A stretch of DNA of 64,000 nucleotides from Eledone cirrhosa. Lineage: Eukaryota. Under the pieces are notes generated by a model. It was given only the letters and a program-made list of their open reading frames with translations, did no database searches and was not told where the DNA came from. The translations under genes were made by a program, and so were the position numbers. Every line of letters begins with the position of its first letter. Positions within the stretch are counted from its first letter, which is position 1. Of this stretch, positions 37,376-49,900 are shown piece after piece. The stretch is taken from contig CAXHJY010000096.1 in the NCBI GenBank assembly GCA_964016885.1, positions 2,356,001 through 2,420,000 of the forward strand, given 5' to 3'.

Positions 37376-39419
37376 ATTTGTAAAAAAAATCAAGGGGAGA
37401 TAATTTCCAGCCGTCCAAGGAGAGATAATTTTAAAAAAAATCAGGCGGAGATAATTTGTAAAAAAAAATCAGGGGGAGATAATTTGTAAAAAAAAATCAG
37501 GGGGAGATAATTTGTAAAAAAAAATCAGGGGGAGATAATTTGTAAAAAAAATCAGGAGGAGATAATTTGTAAAAAAAATCAAGGGGAGATAATTTCCAGC
37601 CGTCCAAGGAGAGATAATTTTAAAAAAAATCAGGCGGAGATAATTTGTAAAAAAAAATCAGGGGGAGATAATTTGTAAAAAAAAATCAGGGGGAGATAAT
37701 TTGTAAAAAAAAATCAAGGGGAGATAATTTCCAGCCGTCCAAGGGGAGATAATTTTCAGCCGTCCAAGGGGAGATAATTTCCAGCCGTCCAAGGAGACAT
37801 ATTTTCCAGCCGTCCAAGGAGAGGTAATTTCTAGCCGTCCAAGGGGAGATAAATTCCAGCCTCCAAGGGGAGATAATTTCCAGCCAGCCAAGGGGAGATA
37901 ATTTGTAAAAAAATCAGGGGGAGATAATTTGCAAAAAAAATCAGGGGGAGATAATTTGTAAAAAAAATCAGGGGGAGATAATTTGTAAAAAATAATCAGG
38001 GGGAGATAATTTCCAGCCGTCGAAGGGGAGATAATTTTAAAAAAAATCAGGCGGAGATAATTTGTAAAAAAAAATCAGGGGGAGATAATTTGTAAAAAAA
38101 AATCAGGGGGAGATAATTTGTAAAATAAATCAAGGGGAGATAATTTCCAGCCGTCCAAGGGGAGATAATTTCCCGCCAGCCAAGGGAAGATAATATTTAA
38201 AAAAATTAGGCGGAGTTAATTTGTAAAAAAAATCAGGGGGAGATAATTTGTAAAAAAATCAGGGGGAGATAATTTGTAAAAAAAATCAGGGGGAGATAAT
38301 TTGTAAAAAAAATCATGGGGAGATAATTTGTAAAAAAAAATCAGGGGTAGATAATTTGTAAAAGAAAATCAGGGGGAGATAATTTGTAAAAAAAAATCAG
38401 GGGGAGATAATTTGTAAAAAAAATCAAGGGGAGATAATTTCCAGCCGTCCAAGGGGAGATAATTTTCAGCCGTCCAAGGAGAGGTAATTTCTAGCCGTCC
38501 AAGGGGAGATAATTTCCAGCCGTCCAAGGGGAGGTAATTTCCAGCCGTCCAAGGGGAGATAATTTTAAAAAAAAAATCAGGCGGAGATAATTTGTAAAAA
38601 AAATCAAGGGGAGATAATTTGCAGCCGTCCAAGGGGAGATAATTTTCAGTCGTCCAAGGAGAGGTAATTTCTAGCCGTCCAAGGGGAGATAATTGCCAGC
38701 CGTCCAAGGGGAGATAATTTCCAGCCGTCCAAGGGGAGATAATTTTTTTTAAAAAATCAGGCGGAGATAATTTGTAAAAAAAATCAGGGGGAGATAATTT
38801 GTAAACAAAATCAGGGGGAGATAATTTGTAAAAAAAAATCAGGGGGAGATAATTTGTAAAAAAAATCAAGGGGAGATAATTTCCAGCCGTCCAAGGGAAG
38901 ATAATTTCCAGCCCTCCAAGGGGCTATAATTTCCAGCGTCCAAGGGGAGATAATTTCCAGCCAGCGAAGGGGAGATAATTTTTTTTAAAATATCATTGGG
39001 AGATTTGTAAAAAAAATCAGGGGGAGATAATTTGTAAAAAAAATCAAGGGGAGATAATTTCCAGCCGTCCAAGGGGAGGTAATATCTAGCCGTCCAAGGG
39101 GAGATAATTTCCAGCCGTCCAAGGGGAGATAATTTCCAGCCGTCCAAGGGTAGATAATATCCAGCCGTCCAAGAACATATTTTCCAGCCGTCCAAGGAGA
39201 GGTAATTTCTAGCCGTCCAAGGGGAGATAAATTCCAGCCTCCAAGGGGAGATAATTTCCAGCCAGCCAAGGGGAGATAATTTGTAAAAAAATCAGGGGGA
39301 GATAATTTGTAAAAAAAATCAGGGGGAGATAATTTGTAAAAAAAAATCAGGGGGAGATAATTTGTTAAAAAAAATCAGGGGGAGATAATTTGTAAAAAAA
39401 AATCAGGGGGAGATAATTT

Positions 39420-42400
39420 GTAAAAAAAATCAAGGGGAGATAATTTCCAGCCGTCCAAGGGGAGATAATTTTCAGCCGTCCAAGGGGAGATAATTTCCCG
39501 CCAGCCAAGGGAAGATAATATTTAAAAAAATCAGGCGGAGATAATTTGTAAAAAAAATCAGGGGGAGATAATTTGTAAAAAATTCAGGGGGAGATAATTT
39601 GTAAAAAAAAATCAGGGGGAGATAATTTGTACAAAAAATCAGGGGGAGATAATTTGTAAAAAAAAATCAGGGGTAGATAATTTGTAAAAAAAATCAGGGG
39701 GAGATAATTTGTAAAAAAAATGAAAGGGGAGATAATATCCAGCCGTCCAAGGGGAGATAATTTCCAGCCGTCCAAGGGGAGATAATTTCCAGCCGTCCAA
39801 GGGGAGATAATTTCCATCCTTCCAAGGGGATATAATTTCCAGCCGTCCAAGGGGAGATAATTTCCCGCCAGCCAAGGGAAGATAATTTTTTAAAAAATCA
39901 GGCGGAGATTGTAAAAAAAATCAGGGGGGAGATAATTTGTAAAAAAATCAGGGGGAGATAATTTGTAAAAAAAAATCAGGGGGAGATAATTTGTAAAAAA
40001 TAATCAGGGGGAGATAATTTGTAAAAAAAAATCAAGGGGAGATAATTTCCAGCCGTCCAAGGGGAGATAATTTCCATCCTTCCAAGGGGATATAATTTCC
40101 AGCCGTCCAAGGGGAGATAATTTCCCGCCAGCCAAGGGAAGATGATTTTTAAAAAAATCAGGCGGAGATTGTAAAAAAAATCAGGGGGGGAGATAATTTG
40201 TAAAAAAATCAGGGGGAGATAATTTGTAAAAAAAAAATCAGGGGGAGATAATTTGTAAAAAAAAATCAGGGGGAGATAATTTGTAAAAAAAAATCAGGGG
40301 GAGATAATTTGTAAAAAAAATTAGGCGTAGATAATTTGTAAAAAAAAATCAGGGGGAGATAATTTGTAAAAAAAAATCAGGGGGAGATAATTTGTTTAAA
40401 AAATCAAGGGGAGATAATTTGCAGCCGTCCAAGGGGAGATAGTTTTCAGCCGTCCAAGGAGAGGTAATTTCTAGCCGTTCAAGGGGAGATAATTTCCAGC
40501 CGTCCAAGGGGAAATAATTTCCAGCCGTCCAAGGGGAGATAATTTTTTAAAAAAAATCAGGCGGAGATAATTTGTAAAAAAAATCAGGGGGAGATAATTC
40601 GTAAAAAAAACAGGGGGAGATAATTTGTAAAAAAAAATAAGGGGGAGATAATTTGTAAAAAAAATCAAGGGGAGATAATTTCCAGCCGTCCAAGGGGAGG
40701 TAATATCTAGCCGTCCAAGGGGAGATAATTTCCAGCCGTCCAAGGGGAGATAATTTTTTTTAAAAAATCAGGCGGAGATAATTTGTAAAAAAAAATCAGG
40801 GGGAGATAATTCGTAAAAAAAAATCAGGGGGAGATAATTTGTAAAAAAAATCAAGGAGAGATAATTTCCAGCCGTCCAAGGGGAGATAATTTCCAGCCGT
40901 CCAAGGAGACATATTTTCCAGCCGTCCAAGGCGAGGTAATTTCTAGCCGTCCAAGGGGAGATAAATTCCAGCCTCCAAGGGGAGATAATTTCCAGCCAGC
41001 CAAGTGGAGATAATTTGTAAAAAAATCAGGGGGAGATAATTTGTAAAAAATATCAGGGAGATAATTTGTAAAAAAAAATCAGGGGGAGATAATTTGTAAA
41101 AAAAATCAGGGGGAGATAATTTGTAAAAAAAAATCAGGGGGAGATAATTTGTAAAAAAAATCAAGGGGTGATACTTTCCAGCCGTCCAAGGGGAGATAAT
41201 TTTCAGCCGTCCAAGGGGAGATAATTTCCCGCCAGCCAAGGGAAGATAATTTCTAAATAAATCAGGCGGAGATTGTAAAAAAAATCAGGGGGGAGATAAT
41301 TTGTAAAAAAATCAGGGGGAGATAATTTGTAAAAAATAATCAGAGGGAGATAATTTGTAAAAAAATTCAAGGGGAGATAATTTCCAGCCGTCCAAGGGAA
41401 GATAATTTCCCGCCAGCCAAGGGAAGATAATATTTAAAAAAATTAGGCGGAGATAATTTGTAAAAAAAATCAGGGGGAGATAATTTGTAAAAAAATCAGG
41501 GGGAGATAATTTGTAAAAAAAATCAGGGGGAGATAATTTGTAAAAAAAATTATGGGGAGATAATTTGTAAAAAAAAATCAGGGGTAGATAATTTGTAAAA
41601 AAAAATCAGGGGGAGATAATTTGTAAAAAAAAATCAGGGGGAGATAATTTGTAAAAAAAATCAAGGGGAGATAATTTCCAGCCGTCCAAGGGGAGATAAT
41701 TTTCAGCCGTCCAAGGGGAGATAATTTCCCGCCAGCCAAGGGAAGATAATATTTAAAAAAATCAGGCGGAGATAATTTGTAAAAAAAATCAGGGGGAGAT
41801 AATTTGTAAAAAATTCAGGGGGAGATAATTTGTAAAAAAAAAATCAGGGGGAGATAATTTGTAAAAAAAATCAGGGGGAGATAATTTGTAAAAAAAAATC
41901 AGGGGTAGATAATTTGTAAAAAAAATCAGGGGGAGATAATTTGTAAAAAAAATGAAAGGGGAGATAATATCCAGCCGTCCAAGGGGAGATAATTTCCAGC
42001 CGTCCAAGGGGAGATAATTTCCAGCCGTCCAAGGGGAGATAATTTCCATCCTTCCAAGGGGATATAATTTCCAGCCGTCCAAGGGGAGATAATTTCCCGC
42101 CAGCCAAGGGAAGATAATTTTTTAAAAAATCAGGCGGAGATTGTAAAAAAAATCAGGGGGGAGATAATTTGTAAAAAAATCAGGGGGAGATAATTTGTAA
42201 AAAAAAATCAGGGGGAGATAATTTGTAAAAAATAATCAGGGGGAGATAATTTGTAAAAAAAAATCAAGGGGAGATAATTTCCAGCCGTCCAAGGGGAGAT
42301 AATTTCCATCCTTCCAAGGGGATATAATTTCCAGCCGTCCAAGGGGAGATAATTTCCCGCCAGCCAAGGGAAGATGATTTTTAAAAAAATCAGGCGGAGA

Positions 42401-43910
42401 TTGTAAAAAAAATCAGGGGGGGAGATAATTTGTAAAAAAATCAGGGGGAGATAATTTGTAAAAAAAAAATCAGGGGGAGATAATTTGTAAAAAAAAATCA
42501 GGGGGAGATAATTTGTAAAAAAAAATCAGGGGGAGATAATTTGTAAAAAAAATTAGGCGTAGATAATTTGTAAAAAAAAATCAGGGGGAGATAATTTGTA
42601 AAAAAAAATCAGGGGGAGATAATTTGTTTAAAAAATCAAGGGGAGATAATTTGCAGCCGTCCAAGGGGAGATAGTTTTCAGCCGTCCAAGGAGAGGTAAT
42701 TTCTAGCCGTTCAAGGGGAGATAATTTCCAGCCGTCCAAGGGGAAATAATTTCCAGCCGTCCAAGGGGAGATAATTTTTTTTAAAAAATCAGGCGGAGAT
42801 AATTTGTAAAAAAAATCAGGGGGAGATAATTCGTAAAAAAAACAGGGGGAGATAATTTGTAAAAAAAAATCAGGGGGAGATAATTTGTAAAAAAAATCAA
42901 GGGGAGATAATTTCCAGCCGTCCAAGGGGAGGTAATATCTAGCCGTCCAAGGGGAGATAATTTCCAGCCGTCCAAGGGGAGATAATTTTTTTTAAAAAAT
43001 CAGGCGGAGATAATTTGTAAAAAAAATCAGGGGGAGATAATTTGTAAAAAAAAATCAGGGGGAGATAATTCGTAAAAAAAAATCAGGGGGAGATAATTTG
43101 TAAAAAAAATCAAGGAGAGATAATTTCCAGCCGTCCAAGGGGAGATAATTTCCAGCCGTCCAAGGAGACATATTTTCCAGCCGTCCAAGGCGAGGTAATT
43201 TCTAGCCGTCCAAGGGGAGATAAATTCCAGCCTCCAAGGGGAGATAATTTCCAGCCAGCCAAGTGGAGATAATTTGTAAAAAAATCAGGGGGAGATAATT
43301 TGTAAAAAATATCAGGGAGATAATTTGTAAAAAAAAATCAGGGGGAGATAATTTGTAAAAAAAATCAGGGGGAGATAATTTGTAAAAAAAAATCAGGGGG
43401 AGATAATTTGTAAAAAAAATCAAGGGGTGATAATTTCCAGCCGTCCAAGGGGAGATAATTTTCAGCCGTCCAAGGGGAGATAATTTCCCGCCAGCCAAGG
43501 GAAGATAATTTCTAAATAAATCAGGCGGAGATTGTAAAAAAAATCAGGGGGGAGATAATTTGTAAAAAAATCAGGGGGAGATAATTTGTAAAAAATAATC
43601 AGAGGGAGATAATTTGTAAAAAAATTCAAGGGGAGATAATTTCCAGCCGTCCAAGGGAAGATAATTTCCCGCCAGCCAAGGGAAGATAATATTTAAAAAA
43701 ATTAGGCGGAGATAATTTGTAAAAAAAATCAGGGGGAGATAATTTGTAAAAAAATCAGGGGGAGATAATTTGTAAAAAAAATCAGGGGGAGATAATTTGT
43801 AAAAAAAATTATGGGGAGATAATTTGTAAAAAAAAATCAGGGGTAGATAATTTGTAAAAAAAAATCAGGGGGAGATAATTTGTAAAAAAAAATCAGGGGG
43901 AGATAATTTG
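39420..43910 (+). repeat. ~2.23-2.26-kb tandem duplication
   Basis: ORF pairs 39639/41871 (2232) and 40943/43202 (2259). Private variants AAGATGATTT, GATAGTTTTC, GGAAATAATTTCC, CAAGTGGAG and TCTAAATAAA each appear twice. Confidence 0.92.
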
Positions 43911-46900
43911 TAAAAAAAATCAAGGGGAGATAATATCCAGCCGTCCAAGGAGAGATAATTTTTAAAAAAAATGAGGCGGAGATAATTTGTAAAAAAAAAA
44001 TCAGGGGGAGTTAATTTGTAAAAAAAAATGAGGGGGAGATAATTTGTAAAAAAAATCAAGGGGAGATAATTTCCAGCCGTCCAAGGGGAGATAATTTTCA
44101 GCCGTCCAAGGAGAGGTAATTTCTAGCCGTCGAAGGGGAGATAATTTCCAGCCGTCCAAGGGGAGGTCATTTCCAGCCGTCCAAGGGGAGATAATTTTTA
44201 AAAAAAAATCAGGCGGAGATAATTTGTAAAAAAAATCAAGGGGAGATAATTTGCAGCCGTCCAAGGGGAGATAATTTTCAGTCGTCCAAGGAGAGGTAAT
44301 TTCTAGCCGTCCAAGGGGAGATAATTTCCAGCCGTCCAAGGGGAGATAATTTCCAGCCGTCCAAGGGGAGATAATTTTTTTTTAAAAATCAGGCGGAGAT
44401 AATTTGTAAAAAAAATCAGGAGGAGATAATTTGTAAAAAAAAATCAGGGGGAGATAATTTGTAAAAAAAATTAGGCGTAGATAATTTGTAAAAAAAAATC
44501 AGGGGGAGATAATTTGTAAAAAAAAATCAGGGGGAGATAATTTGTTTAAAAAATCAAGGGGAGATAATTTGCAGCCGTCCAAGGGGAGATAATTTTCAGC
44601 CGTCCAAGGAGACGTAATTTCTAGCCGTTCAAGGGGAGATAATTTCCAGCCGTCCAAGGGGAGATAATTTCCAGCCGTCCAAGGGGAGATAATTTTTTTT
44701 AAAAAATCAGGCGGAGATAATTTGTAAAAAAAATCAGGGGGAGATAATTCGTAAAAAAAAATCAGGGGGAGATAATTTGTAAAAAAAAATCAGGGGCAGA
44801 TAATTTGTAAAAAAAATCAAGGGGAGATAATTTCCAGCCGTCCAAGGGGAGGTAATATCTAGCCGTCCAAGGGGAGATAATTTCCAGCCGTCCAAGGGGA
44901 GATAATTTCCAGCCGTCCAAGGGGAGATAATTTCCAGCCGTCCAAGGAGACATATTTTCCAGCCGTCCAAGGCGAGGTAATTTCTAGCCGTCCAAGGGGA
45001 GATAAATTCCAGCCTCCAAGGGGAGATAATTTCCAGCCAGCCAAGGGGAGATAATTTGTAAAAAAATCAGGGGGAGATAATTTGTAAAAAATATCAGGGA
45101 GATAATTTGTAAAAAAAAATCAGGGGGAGATAATTTGTAAAAAAAATCAGGGGGAGATAATTTGTAAAAAAAAATCAGGGGGAGATAATTTGTAAAAAAA
45201 ATCAAGGGGAGATAATTTCCAGCCGTCCAAGGGGAGATAATTTTCAGCCGTCCAAGGAGAGGTAATTTCTAACCGTCCGAGGAGAGATAATTTCCAGCCG
45301 TCCAAGGGGAGATAATTTCCAGCCGTCCAAGGGGAGATAATTTCCAGCCGTCCAAGGAGACATATTTTCCAGCCGTCCAAGGAGAGGTAATTTCTAGCCG
45401 TCCAAGGGGAGATAAATTCCAGCCTCCAAGGGGAGATAATTTCCAGCCAGCCAAGGGGAGATAATTTGTAAAAAAATCAGGGGGAGATAATTTGCAAAAA
45501 AAATCAGGGGGAGATAATTTGTAAAAAAAATCAGGGGGAGATAATTTGTAAAAAATAATCAGGGGGAGATAATTTCCAGCCGTCCAAGGGAAGATAATTT
45601 CCAGCCCTCCAAGGGGCTATAATTTCCAGTGTCCAAGGGGAGATAATTTCCAGCCAGCGAAGGGGAGATAATTTTTTTTAAAAAATCATTGGGAGATTTG
45701 TAAAAAAAATCAGGGGGAGATAATTTGTAAAAAAAATCAAGGGGAGATAATTTCCAGCCGTCCAAGGGGAGGTAATATCTAGCCGTCCAAGGGGAGATAA
45801 TTTCCAGCCGTCCAAGGGGAGATAATTTCCAGCCGTCCAAGGGTAGATAATATCCAGCCGCCCAAGGACATATTTTCCAGCCGTCCAAGGAGAGGTAATT
45901 TCTAGCCGTCCAAGGGGAGATAAATTCCAGCCTCCAAGAGGAGATAATTTCCAGCCAGCCAAGGGGAGATAATTTGTAAAAAAATCAGGGGGAGATAATT
46001 TGTAAAAAAAATCAGGGGGAGATAATTTGTAAAAAAAAATCAGGGGGAGATAATTTCTAAAAAAAAATCAGGGGGAGATAATTTGCAAAAAAAAATCAGG
46101 GGGAGATAATTTGTAAAAAAAAATCAGGGGTAGATAATTTGTAAAAAAAAATCAGGGGGAGATAATTTGTAAAAAAAAATCAGGGGGAGATAATTTGTAA
46201 AAAAAATCAAAGGGAGATAATTTCCAGCCGTCCAAGGAGAGATAATTTTAAAAAAAATCAGGAGGAGATAATTTGTAAAAAAAAATCAGGGGGAGATAAT
46301 TTGTAAAAAAAATCAGGGGGAGATAATTTGTAAAAAAAAATCAGGGGTAGATAATTTGTAAAAAAAAATCAGGGGGAGATAATTTGTAAAAAAAAATCAG
46401 GGGGAGATAATTTGTAAAAAAAATCAAGGGGAGATAATTTCCAGCCGTCCAAGGAGAGATAATTTAAAAAAAAATCAGGCGGAGATAATTTGTAAAAAAA
46501 AATTAGGGGGAGATAATTTGTAAAAAAAAATCAGGGGGAGATAATTTGTAAAAAAAATCAAGGGGAGATAATTTCCAGCCGTCCAAGGGGAGATAATTTT
46601 CAGCCGTCCAAGGGGAGATAATTTCCCGCCAGCCAAGGGAAGATAATATTCAAAAAAATCAGGCGGAGATAATTTGTAAAAAAAATCAGGGGGAGATAAT
46701 TTGTAAAAAAATCAGGGGGAGATAATTTGTAAAAAAAAAAATCAGGGGGAGATAATTTGTAAAAAAAATCAGGGGGAGATAATTTGTAAAAAAAAATCAG
46801 GGGTAGATAATTTGTAAAAAAAAATCAGGGGGAGATAATTTGTAAAAAAAAATCAGGGGGAGATAATTTGTAAAAAAAATGAAAGGGGAGATAATATCCA

Positions 46901-49900
46901 GCCGTCCAAGGGGAGATAATTTCCAGCCGTCCAAGGGGAGATAATTTCCAGCCGTCCAAGGGGAGAAAATTTCCATCCTTCCAAGGGGATATAATTTCCA
47001 GCCGTCCAAGGGGAGATAATTTCCATCCTTCCAAGGGGATATAATTTCCAGCCGTCCAAGGGGAGATAATTTTCAGCCGTCCAAGGAGAGGTAATTTCTA
47101 GCCGTCCAAGGAGAGATAATTTCCAGCCGTCCAAGGGGAGATAATTTCCAGCCGTCCAAGGGGAGATAATTTCCAGCCGTCCAAGGAGACATATTTTCCA
47201 GCCGTCCAAGGAGAGGTAATTCCTAGCCGTCCAAGGGGAGATAAATTCCAGCCTCCAAGGGGAGATAATTTCCAGCCAGCCAAGGGGAGATAATTTGTAA
47301 AAAAAATCAGGGGGAGATAATTTCTAAAAAAAATCAGGGGGAGATAATTTGTAAAAAAAAATCAGGGGGAGATAATTTGTAAAAAATAATCAGGGGGAGA
47401 TAATTTGTAAAAAAAATCAAGGGGAGATAATTTCCAGCCGTCCAAGGGGAGATAATTTTCAGCCGTCCAAGGGGAGATAATTTCCCGCCAGCCAAGGGAA
47501 GATAATATTTAAAAAAATTAGGCGGAGATAATTTGTAAAAAAAATCAGGGGGAGATAATTTGTAAAAAAATCAGGGGGAGATAATTTGTAAAAAAAATCA
47601 GGGGGAGATAATTTGTAAAAAAAATCAGGGGGAGATAATTTGTAAAAAAAAATCAGGGGTAGATAATTTGTAAAAAAAAATCAGGGGGAGATAATTTGTA
47701 AAAAAAAATCAGGGGGAGATAATTTGTAAAAAAAATCAAGGGGAGATAATTTCCAGCCGTCCAAGGAGAGATAATTTAAAAAAAAATCAGGCGGAGATAA
47801 TTTGTAAAAAAAATCAGGGGGAGATAATTTGTAAAAAAAAATCAGGGGGAGATAATTTGTAAAAAAAATCAAGGGGAGATAATTTCCAGCCGTCCAAGGG
47901 GAGATAATTTTCAGCCGTCCAAGGGGAGATAATTTCCCGCCAGCCAAGGGAAGATAATATTCAAAAAAATCAGGCGGAGATAATTTGTAAAAAAAATCAG
48001 GGGGAGATAATTTGTAAAAAAATCAGGGGGAGATAATTTGTAAAAAAAAAATCAGGGGGAGATAATTTGTAAAAAAAATCAGGGGGAGATAATTTGTAAA
48101 AAAAAATCAGGGGTAGATAATTTGTAAAAAAAAATCAGGGGGAGATAATTTGTAAAAAAAAATCAGGGGGAGATAATTTGTAAAAAAAATGAAAGGGGAG
48201 ATAATATCCAGCCGTCCAAGGGGAGATAATTTCCAGCCGTCCAAGGGGAGATAATTTCCAGCCGTCCAAGGGGAGATAATTTCCATCCTTCCAAGGGGAT
48301 ATAATTTCCAGCCGTCCAAGGGGAGATAATTTCCATCCTTCCAAGGGGATATAATTTCCAGCCGTCCAAGGGGAGATAATTTTCAGCCGTCCAAGGAGAG
48401 GTAATTTCTAGCCGTCCAAGGAGAGATAATTTCCAGCCGTCCAAGGGGAGATAATTTCCAGCCGTCCAAGGGGAGATAATTTCCAGCCGTCCAAGGAGAC
48501 ATATTTTCCAGCCGTCCAAGGAGAGGTAATTCCTAGCCGTCCAAGGGGAGATAAATTCCAGCCTCCAAGGGGAGATAATTTCCAGCCAGCCAAGGGGAGA
48601 TAATTTGTAAAAAAAATCAGGGGGAGATAATTTGTAAAAAAAATCAGGGGGAGATAAATTGTAAAAAAAAATCAGGGGGAGATAATTTGTAAAAAAAATC
48701 AAGGGGAGATAATTTCCAGCCGTCCAAGGGGAGATAATTTTCAGCCGTCCAAGGGGAGATAATTTCCCGCCAGCCAAGGGAAGATAATATTCAAAAAAAT
48801 CAGGCGGAGATAATTTGTAAAAAAAATCAGGGGGAGATAATTTGTAAAAAAATCAGGGGGAGATAATTTGTAAAAAAAAAATCAGGGGGAGATAATTTGT
48901 AAAAAAAATCAGGGGGAGATAATTTGTAAAAAAAAATCAGGGGTAGATAATTTGTAAAAAAAAATCAGGGGGAGATAATTTGTAAAAAAAAATCAGGGGG
49001 AGATAATTTGTAAAAAAAATGAAAGGGGAGATAATATCCAGCCGTCCAAGGGGAGATAATTTCCAGCCGTCCAAGGGGAGATAATATCCAGCCGTCCAAG
49101 GGGAGATAATTTCCATCCTTCCAAGGGGATATAATTTCCAGCCGTCCAAGGGGAGATAATTTCCATCCTTCCAAGGGGATATAATTTCCAGCCGTCCAAG
49201 GGGAGATAATTTTCAGCCGTCCAAGGAGAGGTAATTTCTAGCCGTCCAAGGAGAGATAATTTCCAGCCGTCCAAGGGGAGATAATTTCCAGCCGTCCAAG
49301 GGGAGATAATTTCCAGCCGTCCAAGGAGACATATTTTCCAGCCGTCCAAGGAGAGGTAATTCCTAGCCGTCCAAGGGGAGATAAATTCCAGCCTCCAAGG
49401 GGAGATAATTTCCAGCCAGCCAAGGGGAGATAATTTGTAAAAAAAATCAGGGGGAGATAATTTGTAAAAAAAATCAGGGGGAGATAATTTGTAAAAAAAA
49501 TCAGGGGGAGATAATTTGTAAAAAATAATCAGGGGGAGATAATTTGTAAAAAAAATCAAGGGGAGATAATTTCCAGCCGTCCAAGGGGAGATAATTTTCA
49601 GCCGTCCAAGGGGAGATAATTTCCCGCCAGCCAAGGGAAGATAATATTTTAAAAAATTAGGCGGAGATAATTTGTAAAAAAATCAGGGGGAGATAATTTG
49701 TAAAAAAATCAGGGGGAGATAATTTGTAAAAAAAATCAGGGGGAGATAATTTGTAAAAAAAATCAGGGGGAGATAATTTGTAAAAAAAAATCAGGGGTAG
49801 ATAATTTGTAAAAAAAAATCAGGGGGAGATAATTTGTAAAAAAATTCAAGGGGAGATAATTTCCAGCCGTCCAAGGGAAGATAATTTCCAGCCCTCCAAG

